Shown: positions 16,801 to 27,653 of the stretch, piece by piece
How positions within the stretch are numbered: position 1 is the first letter of the stretch
How the letters are laid out: each line of letters starts with the position of its first letter
NCBI GenBank assembly: GCA_030429765.1
Contig: JAUIER010000002.1
Coordinates: 130,239 to 194,238, forward strand
DNA length: 64,000 bases
Reading direction: 5' to 3'
From: a bacterium
GTDB lineage: Bacteria; Omnitrophota; Gorgyraeia; Zapsychrales; Zapsychraceae
Translations under genes and position numbers: made by a program
Notes under the pieces: generated by a model
The model's input: the letters and a program-made list of their open reading frames with translations, nothing else
Databases searched by the model: none
Told to the model about the DNA's origin: nothing

Positions 16801-18122
16801 TCAAAGGCTAGATTGGCTTGATACCAATTGGCCTGAACCACTCGGTCTCCATAAATCTGAGCACTACTACCCTCACGAATTCCGGCTTCACTCCCAACCA
16901 TCCGTCGAGGTCGCTTGAGGGCATCACTGACATCCTTCGGATCACCGGTCATTGCGAAGTCAACGGTAACTTCCCGGCTGTTTCCCTGTATACTTGCTAA
17001 TTGGCGCGGTGTTAGAATATTCTCAGACTCTACCGTTTCAGCGGTTAACTGGGCAAAATCAGCCCCTCCTGAAAAGTATCGTCGCGGAACGGTACGATTT
17101 GTCATCGGATCGACATCTTCTCTAATATAATCGTACACACCTTTCTTGAACGACTCGAGGTACTGGTTATAAATTTTCTGGTTAATCTCTTTGTCTTCGG
17201 ATTCAATACCGCCAGTTCGGTTCTGATCAACATAAGCCTGCCCCAAGAAACTTTCACGAAGGTTCTGCTTGTACCAATCCGATAGAATGACGGCATGATA
17301 GATCTGCCGCAATTGGGCAAATGTCTGTCCATGATTGATTTCCTTTTCGATTTCGGGAATCAACACTTCGCGAACCACATCCAAAGATGCGCCGGTGATC
17401 ACATCCGCATCTTCAACCTTTTGACCATGTTTGACTTCAGCTTGATGATTTTCAAGCGCCAAATAGTCTTCTTCCAACATGACTTTCAGTCGGCTCTCGA
17501 CGATGACGGCGTTGTTATTGTGCTCATAGATCACGGCCTTTTCCGGCACAATCCAGATCTTGTTGAAGGTATTCATCGGAATATCGGTTGTACCGAATTT
17601 CTGGTAAGCCATTTTGTGGACGCGATCCCAAAATTTTTGACCAACTGCGTCTTCGGGATACATCATGGAGGATGTCAATTGCTTGAGCATGTAGTCCTGT
17701 GCCAACAAATCGCGCCCCATCTGCGTGGACCCGAATCCTTCGGATACCATACGGTTTTCTTCATAGGGAGACAAGTTGACCCACAACTCATTCTCCGGCA
17801 CAGTCAACGATGCCAGAAAATATTTGATCAATCGGTCAGACTCGGCCCGAAAGGCCTCATCTGAGTGAGCTTCGTCGCCAGAATCAATGATAAAGTTCAT
17901 TTGCAAAGGATCATCGGGGTGTATGGTGATTCCTTTGATAATAGTGGGTTGATAGGCGATGGACGGTGCAACGAGCGTGCCCGGAACGGGTAAGCTCAGC
18001 ACTCCGGTACTGACCGTCTGAGCGTAACTCGGAGGAACAATTGACGTGAAACAGAAGGCCAGCAGGATAAAGCTGCTGGTCAGCTGGCAAAATATACTCT
18101 TTTTAAAATTTGAAAAATTCAT
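7827..18122 (-). CDS. Giant 3431-aa multidomain protein: signal peptide + SAM-MTase-like + type-II GAPDH-like + PPDK/PEP-synthase-like module + degenerate second PEP-utilising module
   Basis: Uninterrupted 10.3-kb ORF with RBS AAAGGGGTG before the ATG. N-terminus MNFSNFKKSIFCQLTSSFILLAFCFTSIVPPSYAQ (signal peptide). Motifs by residue:
- aa 455-470 VLDASAGTGGASIY (MTase motif I);
- aa 915-925 ILGWGAGTIN, SCNTT at 1107, RRAAD at 1157, YHHAED at 1181 (archaeal GAPDH);
- aa 1723-1757 AIRSSGKAEDNA..SNAGQHDSYLG (PPDK ATP-grasp);
- aa 2239-2246 GGATSHAA (phospho-His);
- aa 2661-2672 FLSFGTNDLTQL and KCGLCGQ at 2711 (PEP-utilisers TIM barrel). Confidence 0.85.
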   Translation of the reverse strand: MNFSNFKKSIFCQLTSSFILLAFCFTSIVPPSYAQTVSTGVLSLPVPGTLVAPSIAYQPTIIKGITIHPDDPLQMNFIIDSGDEAHSDEAFRAESDRLIKYFLASLTVPENELWVNLSPYEENRMVSEGFGSTQMGRDLLAQDYMLKQLTSSMMYPEDAVGQKFWDRVHKMAYQKFGTTDIPMNTFNKIWIVPEKAVIYEHNNNAVIVESRLKVMLEEDYLALENHQAEVKHGQKVEDADVITGASLDVVREVLIPEIEKEINHGQTFAQLRQIYHAVILSDWYKQNLRESFLGQAYVDQNRTGGIESEDKEINQKIYNQYLESFKKGVYDYIREDVDPMTNRTVPRRYFSGGADFAQLTAETVESENILTPRQLASIQGNSREVTVDFAMTGDPKDVSDALKRPRRMVGSEAGIREGSSAQIYGDRVVQANWYQANLAFDLDPVVERISDTGQDVVLDASAGTGGASIYLLEQLRATGKKIKKLVLTDVEYGQSIGYMKYAQRKILNQYDDVVEEVEFYILPKLGQDEAGVDEFALVSDIPGLKADHIIMENAIHLIPKSQLVRTLKGYRDVMANNQVVLTMGSGDVQVPAFPEDHVGIHDLFDLVSEEVAFLMNNDVRFEDLRDMYNARLADETIQARKLSAFPASNTLEDIQVALAEAGFATPRTSYNRDLELEQEDYKPFITDISGYVQSRIVPELARVDRESDPYSAMRRVVVDRAYNNVYEKNPAGFRLFWTRMDVLAAKADSAMTVDVQNIGDKKFKVSYQGNEVAFGTWENDYYAVMKPIGDKDLDQDTAFRNQYYASILAFAHQHVQETGRMITLRESVAPNRMNAFLQGEVHEYAPAQDFRGIEAGFQLGEFEGTRYSTGDPSKLRRRERPYKIKYKLPGDQRASVITFKDGTGSNLRVVPETAILGWGAGTINSKIMFELNRLGYDIIVANRSPNERAKGAIQRGYKVIPLNKDGLGAYKRAGLPIYKDAAGKEVTAESYLDGAEGLERISGIVEGLDGKMNVVVDADGDPVMRDGKVLRDLPDNWEDDGLKMGSATISQITKLETWDNYDYFVIYQGSNDPDKVADGNMSDTGAFAYAGINFQPWMAQQNIMCGSCNTTSNVALLLPILASVKESVKEGSMAVDLDPSPVQVKPGSLEVDVLTIRRAADPGSPKNAIDADGFADTAFDYHHAEDAMAFFKQQLENGDMLAAFRRVKGEASYVTDATVGPQTKFHVGRAVISAEKVVSADLANDEDTIVTYDQDGNASYSQRLTADDLKLMLDKHPRVAVVDTGKKFSPTKIFSTLMNDIQRLQAFVMPVMIRERKDGKIVAFFLTPQESNVIPNNVSTVLLRTGVVAPDDVAYAVEEVDKNVGVDDIIRGLKEFNPDATLAEIIARDAAMAADEMNKALRSANLAKKVGLIPHRDDDSEEDRFFSVNRWIKAAYDADQTQTIDRVDSIINLSTDQRIEQSLLDNDIDPDELREFIKEVEFVGVQDMKNGSPTLVIRNANEYQVAHAGVTASRVYVGQGIADELGREDESLLDLLLLREAAGLFKAKSLMNDDGSNYNAAVAAGEDVANQVEAAIDKEKLNEFVQASVDAFLERYYQQLLKKNVIWDYESSVLDEKRGKELVGGKTYQQGLYWSQAPSKNLRSFGASTTASTKFLKAYKDLIPQINAILDDLDVSDEDGRRGAEASIRKLITSYDVPADIERDLREAYRELRRITKQDLVAIRSSGKAEDNAYIFKVLTDVNIGSNAGQHDSYLGESGEDAVVRRWRDDVASLYTEQVLKYRDTLMVIQAFDEILSDAEKSEEIIETLSQSSDANDQLVAEALADKNFNIVTSIKLRKALSKHGYDDQVEIVNKHRQSLLDVENIAMGVTVMPMAGVDISFVIMGHDISADWTAMGFQDIPEDEYVNRGRVATITTNYGIGESIVQGVATPDTFLVHIFEDENGSHVNILSRQLGTKTVQAVYTAPVLEKLGLIESEVEVYLNVLEGSNVLPSVGLANGVDVKDVRNVLQRLIALTVDKTVNEITDEDLQFFAYDKDDLKLLVHLLKELEEDPEMKTMFTDVSENMRNSFSATDSQVIEIAKEFMEKARGYGHLVDMEGAVGLNLGKENTPVTVQRRPSNVDGDVKKPDLIEIDYTYVPEKDLKEVRSLEEPMPNVKGEDSGLIRGELVAQGIATRNSFSGQIFKISEEKSLPSQFEEIKRLADSGVQVIIRTRETTPDYNAVLQTKNVMGVIADVGGATSHAAVMSRELGIATVVGIQSWVNKLEASVGEEKAQQILEYINTSGNVVTVDANANESTGFGAVYAGELPISKRYIEIDLKRLPEVYTRIGYIMGMPHPMLAMSKISRYSGYSGVALMRGEFAYAEENINPRFGRAYDNFLVDAYLRTVKDNPPARRYRATLNEQELEALDKFRMHLKAREDARARGIDVVLDETNLKIQEFINKGHQAFLASLDENSRRDIDLIRQHPEQISLATKQMMGYVSYNEFFEAVHGGAIATMAAANNVKNNAVLYRSIDFKKNEARELIGSEVFDPTPEVSTMIGERGARWLLQPENQIILREEIRMILRQVVKGYANIGFFFPFVSTPDELDELMRILVEEERAMSEQLQRPVYLREVGQMTELPSNVIQGDQFIKVLKDHEADQKAWFQEQFGVEISRKSFLSFGTNDLTQLTLGADRDNPDMSYLFSEAHPFVIESIRHVVNIAKELETKCGLCGQALVNLVNINPEAAETILMMLGQTGGYAGTDYLGTLASITRAASATLKHGVVDSPVASTNEAGEFAVSNRFDSQTEKGAATRPAYMVKRMSELEKSYVGDFVVLTGNLDFKVIEELDENSKATGRLLVEDESLREQFARLGAVIVARIENFSGQEDQIKAIRQLGVPIVETSVKVTGALNRELEDGDMLTIDFNNKTIYREVQDVRVDVPGLQSEIQLSETESPTESIEFDAKFRASEFYLGNNVHPLRFIETTDGEAKLRQSLKADLLLQLKDKKTRLVYETLDLQSDDLFKLKGSKKYMEEPEVNPALGFAGLDALVKDPRWERLLRIELEVLAELIEDGYRVYIQFNSVKVPESIGKALEMVEAAGIEIDSQVGMNTAWPGNYLALDQYLAQGLSFITLDERRLAQGYLSADLFKNQSVIDFYTAEKVLPNLRRPIAMITRAAADQNVAVQRVAFNDALTVDQAMVAMQALDADDEFLDLLERARAEKGQGYAGDINGKSYWLDDGFLQANSDKLISKIAEALQLLMSRNQLDADLSDGFAPAVLAEIGYSEEFIDLIAAVGRKLGLWKIYPDDIESEEFTRITYQADPSHINYPYLEDVDVQRLGLDNAMISSDKDVGGIDLDPNLFEIERKGEGSLIFPKYRGNPDNIRIQGIVPVIINVTPITNLPMILGLKDAAEDESKTISYDSLDPSDRKVRFQSEDRDQLSLVRG

Positions 18123-18194
18123 TTTTTACACCCCTTTGTGTTGACTTTAGAATCTAGCAAATTGATCATCATCTAAATAAAAATACGCCGAAAA

Positions 18195-18212
18195 GTTTGC
18201 ATCAATGCAAAC
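18195..18212. promoter_or_regulatory. Perfect palindrome GTTTGCAT-CA-ATGCAAAC ~75-90 bp upstream of the giant ORF start; candidate operator overlapping a possible -35 (TTGCAT)
   Basis: Read directly: 8-bp arms are exact reverse complements with a 2-bp spacer. Lies in the 405-bp AT-rich leader region of the giant gene. Confidence 0.35.
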
Positions 18213-18436
18213 ATTCTCGTCGGATTAATGAAAATTAACTTGGAAACTAAAGTTTTGGAATGTAAAAAATGCTACATGTAGATTGGGGAAGTAACCTTTA
18301 CAGGTATATATTAATTATACAATACTATTTCGAGTTGTCAATGGGGATCACACCCTTAACCCACTGAAAAATCGGACGTTGCGACCTCATGCAAATAGTG
18401 GGGGTACTATTCGCCCCCCTGAATCCTTTCGGGGCC

Positions 18437-18477
18437 AAAAAAAGAGGAGCAACAGGCCTTAACCTATTGCTCCTCTT
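18437..18477 (-). terminator. Rho-independent terminator of groESL
   Basis: Minus strand: AAGAGGAGCAA-(14 nt loop)-TTGCTCCTCTT followed by TTTTTTT. 11-bp perfect stem, ~50 nt after the groEL stop. Confidence 0.75.
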
Positions 18478-18528
18478 ATATTTATGATTAAAACGGACAT
18501 TTCGCCCAAATCGACATTTGAGACAAAA

Positions 18529-20211
<1,683 letters not shown>

Positions 20212-20226
20212 TTAGTATCGTGTGAT

Positions 20227-20523
20227 TTATTTGACAACCGCGAAGACATCATCTTCACGCATAATCAGCAGATCTTCACCATCTTTAGTCGAGATCTCTG
20301 TTCCGCTGTACTTTCCGTACAAGACTCGGTCACCCTTCTTAAGTTCCAATGAGCGAACGTTTCCGTCTTCGGTAACTTTACCCTTTCCGACCGCGACAAC
20401 CTTGCCTTCTTGCGGCTTTTCTTTGGCCGTATCCGGAAGAACGATTCCTCCCTTGGTTTTTTCTTCAGCCTCCAATGGTTTCACAATAATTCTGTCGGCT
20501 AGTGGTTGAATGTCCATGACCAT
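20227..20523 (-). CDS. groS: Co-chaperonin GroES
   Basis: 98 aa; [44 protein letters not shown]. 48 nt upstream of groEL. Confidence 0.95.
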   Translation of the reverse strand: MVMDIQPLADRIIVKPLEAEEKTKGGIVLPDTAKEKPQEGKVVAVGKGKVTEDGNVRSLELKKGDRVLYGKYSGTEISTKDGEDLLIMREDDVFAVVK

Positions 20524-20579
20524 CCTCCTTCTGATTGGTTAAGAGTTGTGAATATTTAAAAATTTCTGAAATTTGATGA

Positions 20580-20606
20580 TTAGCACTGATTCTCTAAGAG
20601 TGCTAA
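20580..20606. promoter_or_regulatory. CIRCE element (HrcA operator) upstream of groES
   Basis: TTAGCACTG-N9-GAGTGCTAA read directly. Matches consensus TTAGCACTC-N9-GAGTGCTAA at 8/9 + 9/9 positions. Confidence 0.9.
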
Positions 20607-20632
20607 TTTATCAAAAAACCCGCGTTTGTCAA
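20605..20632 (-). promoter_or_regulatory. sigma70-type groESL promoter (-35 TTGACA, 16-nt spacer, -10 TAAATT abutting CIRCE)
   Basis: Minus strand cTTGACAaacgcgggttttttgaTAAATTagcactc. Confidence 0.55.
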
Positions 20633-20696
20633 GAGGTTTTTTGTGCCTTGTAAAGCACTCATATTAAAAAGGTTATGGATGAAGATTGGGAGTTTT

Positions 20697-21473
20697 CTAG
20701 GGGCGGGATAATTTAGCATGCATGAGACCCAAGCCCTTGAACACCAAATTCCGATCGATCTGGGTAATTTTGTGCTCAATAAAACGCTGCATCAGCCGGG
20801 TATAACCTCCGGTGACAATGATGTTGGGTTTGCCGCCGATCTGGTCGCTGACCTTCTCAATCAAGCCGTTACACATGGACCCATATCCGTGGAAAATCCC
20901 ACTAAGGATGCTTTGTTCGGTATTTTTCCCGATCAGCCCACGCGGCGTGCGGATCGTTTCGACCTTGGGCAGCATCGCCGTCTTGTTGAACAACGACTCA
21001 ACGGATAATCGAATGCCCGGAACAATCATTCCACCGTCGTATTCCCCTTGGCGATTGACAACATCAAATGTGATTGCGGTACCGAAATCAACAATGATCG
21101 ACGGAAAGCCATAAAGCACTTTCACGGCATACGCGCCTACCAATCGATCCTGTCCAACTTGGGATTTCACCGTATAATTGTTCCGTATCGGTACAATGAG
21201 ATCGCGTCCGATAATTTCAGGTGTGACTTTCAATCGTCGACGAAGGACACGCTTGACCACCCCGGTCTGACCGGGAACCACGCTGCAGATCATGGCATGA
21301 TGGATCGATCCGTATTGCCGGACAAGCTTCAATAGCTCCGAGTTCAATGCCACCTCAAGCTTACGGGATGACAGACTCCCGTCGAGCGTGCGACTGCCCG
21401 AAATCCGTTTTCCACGAATTACCGCCAGTGAAACCGCGGTGTTACCAATATCAACACCCAGCAGGTTTACCAT
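20697..21473 (-). CDS. coaX: Type III pantothenate kinase
   Basis: 258 aa; MVNLLGVDIGNTAVSLAV..., ASKHA-fold motifs (IIVDFGTAITFDV, TGGYT). Confidence 0.85.
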   Translation of the reverse strand: MVNLLGVDIGNTAVSLAVIRGKRISGSRTLDGSLSSRKLEVALNSELLKLVRQYGSIHHAMICSVVPGQTGVVKRVLRRRLKVTPEIIGRDLIVPIRNNYTVKSQVGQDRLVGAYAVKVLYGFPSIIVDFGTAITFDVVNRQGEYDGGMIVPGIRLSVESLFNKTAMLPKVETIRTPRGLIGKNTEQSILSGIFHGYGSMCNGLIEKVSDQIGGKPNIIVTGGYTRLMQRFIEHKITQIDRNLVFKGLGLMHAKLSRP

Positions 21474-23404
21474 CCGCCACCTCCACCGCCGCCGCCACCG
21501 CCGCCGGAGAAGCCGCCGCCACCGGAAAATCCGCCGCCCGAACTTGAACCAGGGGCTACCGACGCTGATGATATCGTACTGCCGAGCGAATCACCCATCC
21601 TGGAACTGAACGATCCGATCCCCCGGTATGAAAAATCCGTCCCTCCGTACCATTCCGGCTGATAGCCCATCTTCTCGAGAATCGCCGAGAATTGTTCCGA
21701 CCACTGATTTTCCACTCCCAACGCCAAGGCATAAGGCAAATACTGTTCAAACAGTTCCGGTGTTTTTTCCGGTGGATTAAGAATATTAAGCCGGTCTTTT
21801 TCGGCCGTGGCCAGAAACATCTTGAATCCATCGATCTGATCCATCAGCTTACGCCCTTTCATCGTCGGGGCCTTGAGCAGAAAATAAAACAGCATATTGA
21901 TGTACACCAGCAGCATGGCGAAGGCAACGATCCCAAAAGGAATAATCCAATGTGCGGCCCCAATGGCCGTAAGCGCGAACCGTTGCAGAAAATATAACCC
22001 GAATATCGAGCCGATGAGAATCCCCACAAACAAGAGCGAATTGCGGGTGATGGCCTGGACAAATAGGGGAACCATCCGTGTGAATATCGATCCGAAAAAT
22101 ACCATCATAAAGATGGCGAGAGGAAAAAAGGCGGTCACTTCTTCTCGCTCAAAAATACCGCTGAAGATAACCGCGACGACCGACAGCACAATTCCAATAA
22201 AAAAGTATCCGCTGTTTTGATGAAAGTACACTTTTTCAAACGTCCGTCCCAGCGTCGATTTAAATTGGCTGATAGCGCTGCTGATCGTCGAGTGATTGGA
22301 ACTCTTGATTTCCAGCCGGCTTCGCGTCCCCATCAGCCGTTTGAAAATTCCTTTCTCCTCGGCCGTGAGCGGTTGACGTTCTGCTGAGGATTTGATCAGT
22401 GTGTATTTGGCCCCCAGAGGACTTTCTTTGGGTAATATCTTGATCCAGCCTTTGACCGCCAAATTGATGACGGCCGTCGAAAAGACCTTTTCGTCGTAAC
22501 CCATATTCTGCACGTATCTCAGCGCTGCCGGTGAAATCCCCTTGGGCGGCTCAAACAACGGAATAATCGTCCCCTTGGGCGGATCCTTCCCAACCATCAT
22601 CCAGACAAAAACATAGTAAATGCACAGGACCAGCAAACCAATCAGCCCGCGCATAATTTCCGGATTATCCTGCATAAAGTAGCGCCATCGCTCAGCGGCC
22701 GTCGGCTCGGCAATGATTCCCTTGGGCCATCCGACGACAATGGTCATCCCCTCACCGGGCTGAAATTTTCGTTTGGACTTAAACCAGATACTCCCGTCAG
22801 TTTCCTGCTGGACGATATAATCCCGATCCTTCTGCCATGTCGCATCCCCATGGGCCCCGCCGTACGCGATCATTTGATGCACTTGATTGGCGGCAGCCTT
22901 GGGCAACACCACACTAGCCGAAAGATCCTCGATAACAAACTCCCACCCCAACCCATTGACGTTCCAATAAAGCTCGTCATGTGTCTCAAAATACCCAAGC
23001 TGACGATTGGTCTCGTAAACAAGCGTGTAGGTGTATTCGCCCGGACTCAGAAAACGGTCGGCATGTCCGATATAGACACGTTGTCCATTACGTTGCTTCT
23101 TCAAGTGATAATCTTCGGACACACCATCTTTAAGGACTTCGATAACCCGAAATCCCACGTTGTATTTATGTCCATGGCGGTCCTGATATCGGGTCGGAAA
23201 GTCTCGATAGATCCCTCGTTTGATTTTCCGCCCTTGGGCCTGGACTTGAATAGTCTCTGTGACGGTCATTGATCCATTTTCATGGACAACGATATCACTA
23301 CTGAACGACAGAATCCGTTCGCTGCCGGCGGCCACAGCCACATTGGCTCCGCCGACAACCCAACATATCGACAACAAAATGAAAATTTGAAACTTCTTAA
23401 ACAT
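21467..23404 (-). CDS. DUF2207-family membrane protein with glycine-rich C-terminus (LemA-associated)
   Basis: Signal peptide (MFKKFQIFILLSICWVVGGANVAVA), multiple TM helices in the C-terminal half, terminal GGGFSGGGGFSGGGGGGGGGGGW. Start trimmed to M16 to avoid overlap with lemA. Confidence 0.65.
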   Translation of the reverse strand: MFKKFQIFILLSICWVVGGANVAVAAGSERILSFSSDIVVHENGSMTVTETIQVQAQGRKIKRGIYRDFPTRYQDRHGHKYNVGFRVIEVLKDGVSEDYHLKKQRNGQRVYIGHADRFLSPGEYTYTLVYETNRQLGYFETHDELYWNVNGLGWEFVIEDLSASVVLPKAAANQVHQMIAYGGAHGDATWQKDRDYIVQQETDGSIWFKSKRKFQPGEGMTIVVGWPKGIIAEPTAAERWRYFMQDNPEIMRGLIGLLVLCIYYVFVWMMVGKDPPKGTIIPLFEPPKGISPAALRYVQNMGYDEKVFSTAVINLAVKGWIKILPKESPLGAKYTLIKSSAERQPLTAEEKGIFKRLMGTRSRLEIKSSNHSTISSAISQFKSTLGRTFEKVYFHQNSGYFFIGIVLSVVAVIFSGIFEREEVTAFFPLAIFMMVFFGSIFTRMVPLFVQAITRNSLLFVGILIGSIFGLYFLQRFALTAIGAAHWIIPFGIVAFAMLLVYINMLFYFLLKAPTMKGRKLMDQIDGFKMFLATAEKDRLNILNPPEKTPELFEQYLPYALALGVENQWSEQFSAILEKMGYQPEWYGGTDFSYRGIGSFSSRMGDSLGSTISSASVAPGSSSGGGFSGGGGFSGGGGGGGGGGGW

Positions 23405-23414
23405 AGCCCTTCTC

Positions 23415-23956
23415 TTAACTGAATTTGACATCCGGCGCGTCCCGCTCACTGCTTAATTGAACCTTGAAAAAGGCCTCCTTCTTGAAACCAAATATACCGG
23501 CCAGGATATTATTCGGAAACGATTCAACGGCCGTATTGTAGTTTCGAACCGTCCCGTTGTAGTAACGCCGAGCCAGCTGTAATTGATCTTCGATCTGCGT
23601 CAGATCCTCCTGAAGGCTAAGAAAATTCTTGTCGGCCTTGAGCTCAGGATAGGCCTCGGCCAGCACGAAAATATTTCGTAACGAAGCCGATAACTCACTC
23701 TCACTTTGCTGCATCTGATCATGAAAGTTCTGACCCGACAATTTCGAACGCAACTCCGTTACCCGTTCAAACAATTCCTTCTCGTGGGAACTGTACCCCT
23801 TGACCGTTTGGACGATATTCGGCACCAGATCATGCCGCCGCTTAAGCTGGACATCAATCCCGCTGAACCCCTCCTTAACCAACAAACGCAGACGGACAAG
23901 TTTGTTATACATGGCCGCCACAAGCACGATGATGACAACGACAACAATTAAAAACT

Positions 23957-23960
<4 letters not shown>
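23415..23960 (-). CDS. lemA: LemA-family protein
   Basis: 181 aa; N-terminal TM (MKFLIVVVVIIVLVAAMYNKLV), then R..V...F..ID.QL.RR.DL.PN.V..VKGY..HE...F..V.E.R typical of LemA. Confidence 0.8.
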
Positions 23961-25990
<2,030 letters not shown>

Positions 25991-26073
25991 ACATGAGGAC
26001 ATCGGGTTTTACGTACAATTGAAAAGGGTGAGCCGTATATGGCCCACCCTACTCAATCAATGATCAACCGATT

Positions 26074-26526
26074 TTAACGTAGATTCTTTTCAATATCATT
26101 CAGAATATTCTTGGCGGCCAATGGATGTTTGAAATTATTGAACGTCTTGAATCCGATTGAATTAACCGTTAAGTATCTGACTTCAACCTCCGTTGAATTT
26201 GGCTGGGCCAGTGTTCTCAGATAAATGTTAACACGCGCATACCGTGTCCCCAGAAACATCGGAATCGCCTTCACTCCCGTGAAGATCAATATTTCCTGAC
26301 CATCTTCTGTGAGAATCGTACTGTGTTCGTACACATTCGGATCGGTTGTATCCACAATTTCCCAGCCGCCACCTTGCAGGGCAGACTTGGTGGCCTGCAA
26401 CGTCTGGTCAAATGACGCATACATTGTCTGTTTATGCGGACGGGTATCCGGAATGTATTTTGGAATGTTGACGGTGGAGCATCCGCACAGCATAATGACT
26501 ACAATTAAGCCCAGCGCTTTTTTCAT
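26074..26526 (-). CDS. Hypothetical lipoprotein
   Basis: MKKALGLIVVIMLCGCSTV lipobox. No recognisable domain. Confidence 0.5.
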   Translation of the reverse strand: MKKALGLIVVIMLCGCSTVNIPKYIPDTRPHKQTMYASFDQTLQATKSALQGGGWEIVDTTDPNVYEHSTILTEDGQEILIFTGVKAIPMFLGTRYARVNIYLRTLAQPNSTEVEVRYLTVNSIGFKTFNNFKHPLAAKNILNDIEKNLR

Positions 26527-26551
26527 GATCCCTCTTTTTTTGGAAACAATC

Positions 26552-26866
26552 CTAACAAATCTTACCGTGCTTGTACGGACGGCCTTTGTTCTTGATACAC
26601 TTCTGCGCGATTTCCTCTTCGATATCGATTTTTAACCCGCCGCAGAGATCAAACAAGCGGATATAGGCATCTGCAATTTCTTCACGGAAATTGTCATGAT
26701 CCTGTTTGCGGTATCCCTCCATCGCTTCAGCCAGTTCTGTTACGACCAGCATCAAGGCCTCGCCGATATTTCGCTCCTCATCCCAAAACCCTTTCTCTTT
26801 GGCAATGCCGTGACAAATATCGCAATATTCGCTAAGTGTTTTTCCTTTGAGTTCAGTTGCTTGCAC
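26552..26866 (-). CDS. MazG-like nucleotide pyrophosphohydrolase domain protein
   Basis: EALMLVVTELAEAME...FREEIADAYIRLFDL...IDIEEEI..K..KN..RPYKHGK. Start reassigned to GTG 26864-26866, preceded by GGAGG 6 nt upstream. The longer ORF (to 26995) overlaps the rluA-family gene out of frame. Confidence 0.6.
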   Translation of the reverse strand: MQATELKGKTLSEYCDICHGIAKEKGFWDEERNIGEALMLVVTELAEAMEGYRKQDHDNFREEIADAYIRLFDLCGGLKIDIEEEIAQKCIKNKGRPYKHGKIC

Positions 26867-27557
26867 AGAAGACCTCCATATCGTTTGGTAGGTTAGACTT
26901 GACGCTGATTGTTTTGTGATCCGCAGGGTTCTTCCACCGAAGATTCGCGGCATGCAATGCTGTCCGCTTAAACTTGAGCGGATAATTTTTAGCAATCGAA
27001 AATTTTCTATCGCCCAACAACGGGTGCCCCATCCGGCTGAACTGGATCCGGATCTGATTGGTCCGCCCGGTAATCGGCCGAACTTCGACGATGGTAAATT
27101 GCTTTTTTCGCTGAATGACCCGATACGTGGAATGGGCGAACTTCCCCTTGTCTGATGTCCTATATTTTACCCGATCCGGACCGGGAATGAAACCGCGAAT
27201 TTCGCCTTTTTGGTTTTTGACATTACCCTGAACGAACGCCAGATATGTCTTATTGATCTGATGACGCTTGAATAAATCCATCATCATCTGTTGATTCTTT
27301 TTACCTTTGGCAAATAAAATACATCCGCTGGTATCCCGATCCAAACGGTGACAGGGATGTAAGCGGCCAAATTTGGCCCCCTGGGCATATTGGGCATTGA
27401 CCTCCGAAACAAGTGTAACAGCCTCGTTTTTAGGAGACGGAATGACAATTAAGCCCGCCGGCTTATCAAAAACCATGATCTGCTCGTTTTCGAAGAGAAC
27501 GGGAATAATACGATTTTTCTGACTTGGTTTGGATTCTGGAGACATGGGGTTAACCAT
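26853..27557 (-). CDS. RluA-family pseudouridine synthase
   Basis: VFDKPAGLIVIP...HRLDRDTSGCILFAK catalytic-Asp motif. Confidence 0.85.
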   Translation of the reverse strand: MVNPMSPESKPSQKNRIIPVLFENEQIMVFDKPAGLIVIPSPKNEAVTLVSEVNAQYAQGAKFGRLHPCHRLDRDTSGCILFAKGKKNQQMMMDLFKRHQINKTYLAFVQGNVKNQKGEIRGFIPGPDRVKYRTSDKGKFAHSTYRVIQRKKQFTIVEVRPITGRTNQIRIQFSRMGHPLLGDRKFSIAKNYPLKFKRTALHAANLRWKNPADHKTISVKSNLPNDMEVFCASN

Positions 27558-27653
27558 GAAAAACGATGATCGCCTTTGATGGGACGGCGAACTTTAAAAT
27601 TCGAGGACAATGGGACACGCTGCAGTCGACCCTTTCGACGCGACAACGAGAAA

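Noticed and set aside
7827-18122. Possibility that the giant ORF is an assembly or frameshift artefact fusing several genes
   Set aside because: 10,296 nt without a single in-frame stop, an RBS only at the 5' end, no internal intergenic-like AT-rich segments, and consistent domain order. A true single gene is more parsimonious, though only read-level data could prove it.
26867-26995. N-terminal 43 codons of the long MazG-like ORF (and analogous long-ORF extensions of uvrB, aroB, map, lipB, pcm, the HD-GYP gene and the DUF2207 gene)
   Set aside because: The extensions overlap the upstream gene out of frame and lack family similarity. Internal starts with an RBS or translational coupling fit better.
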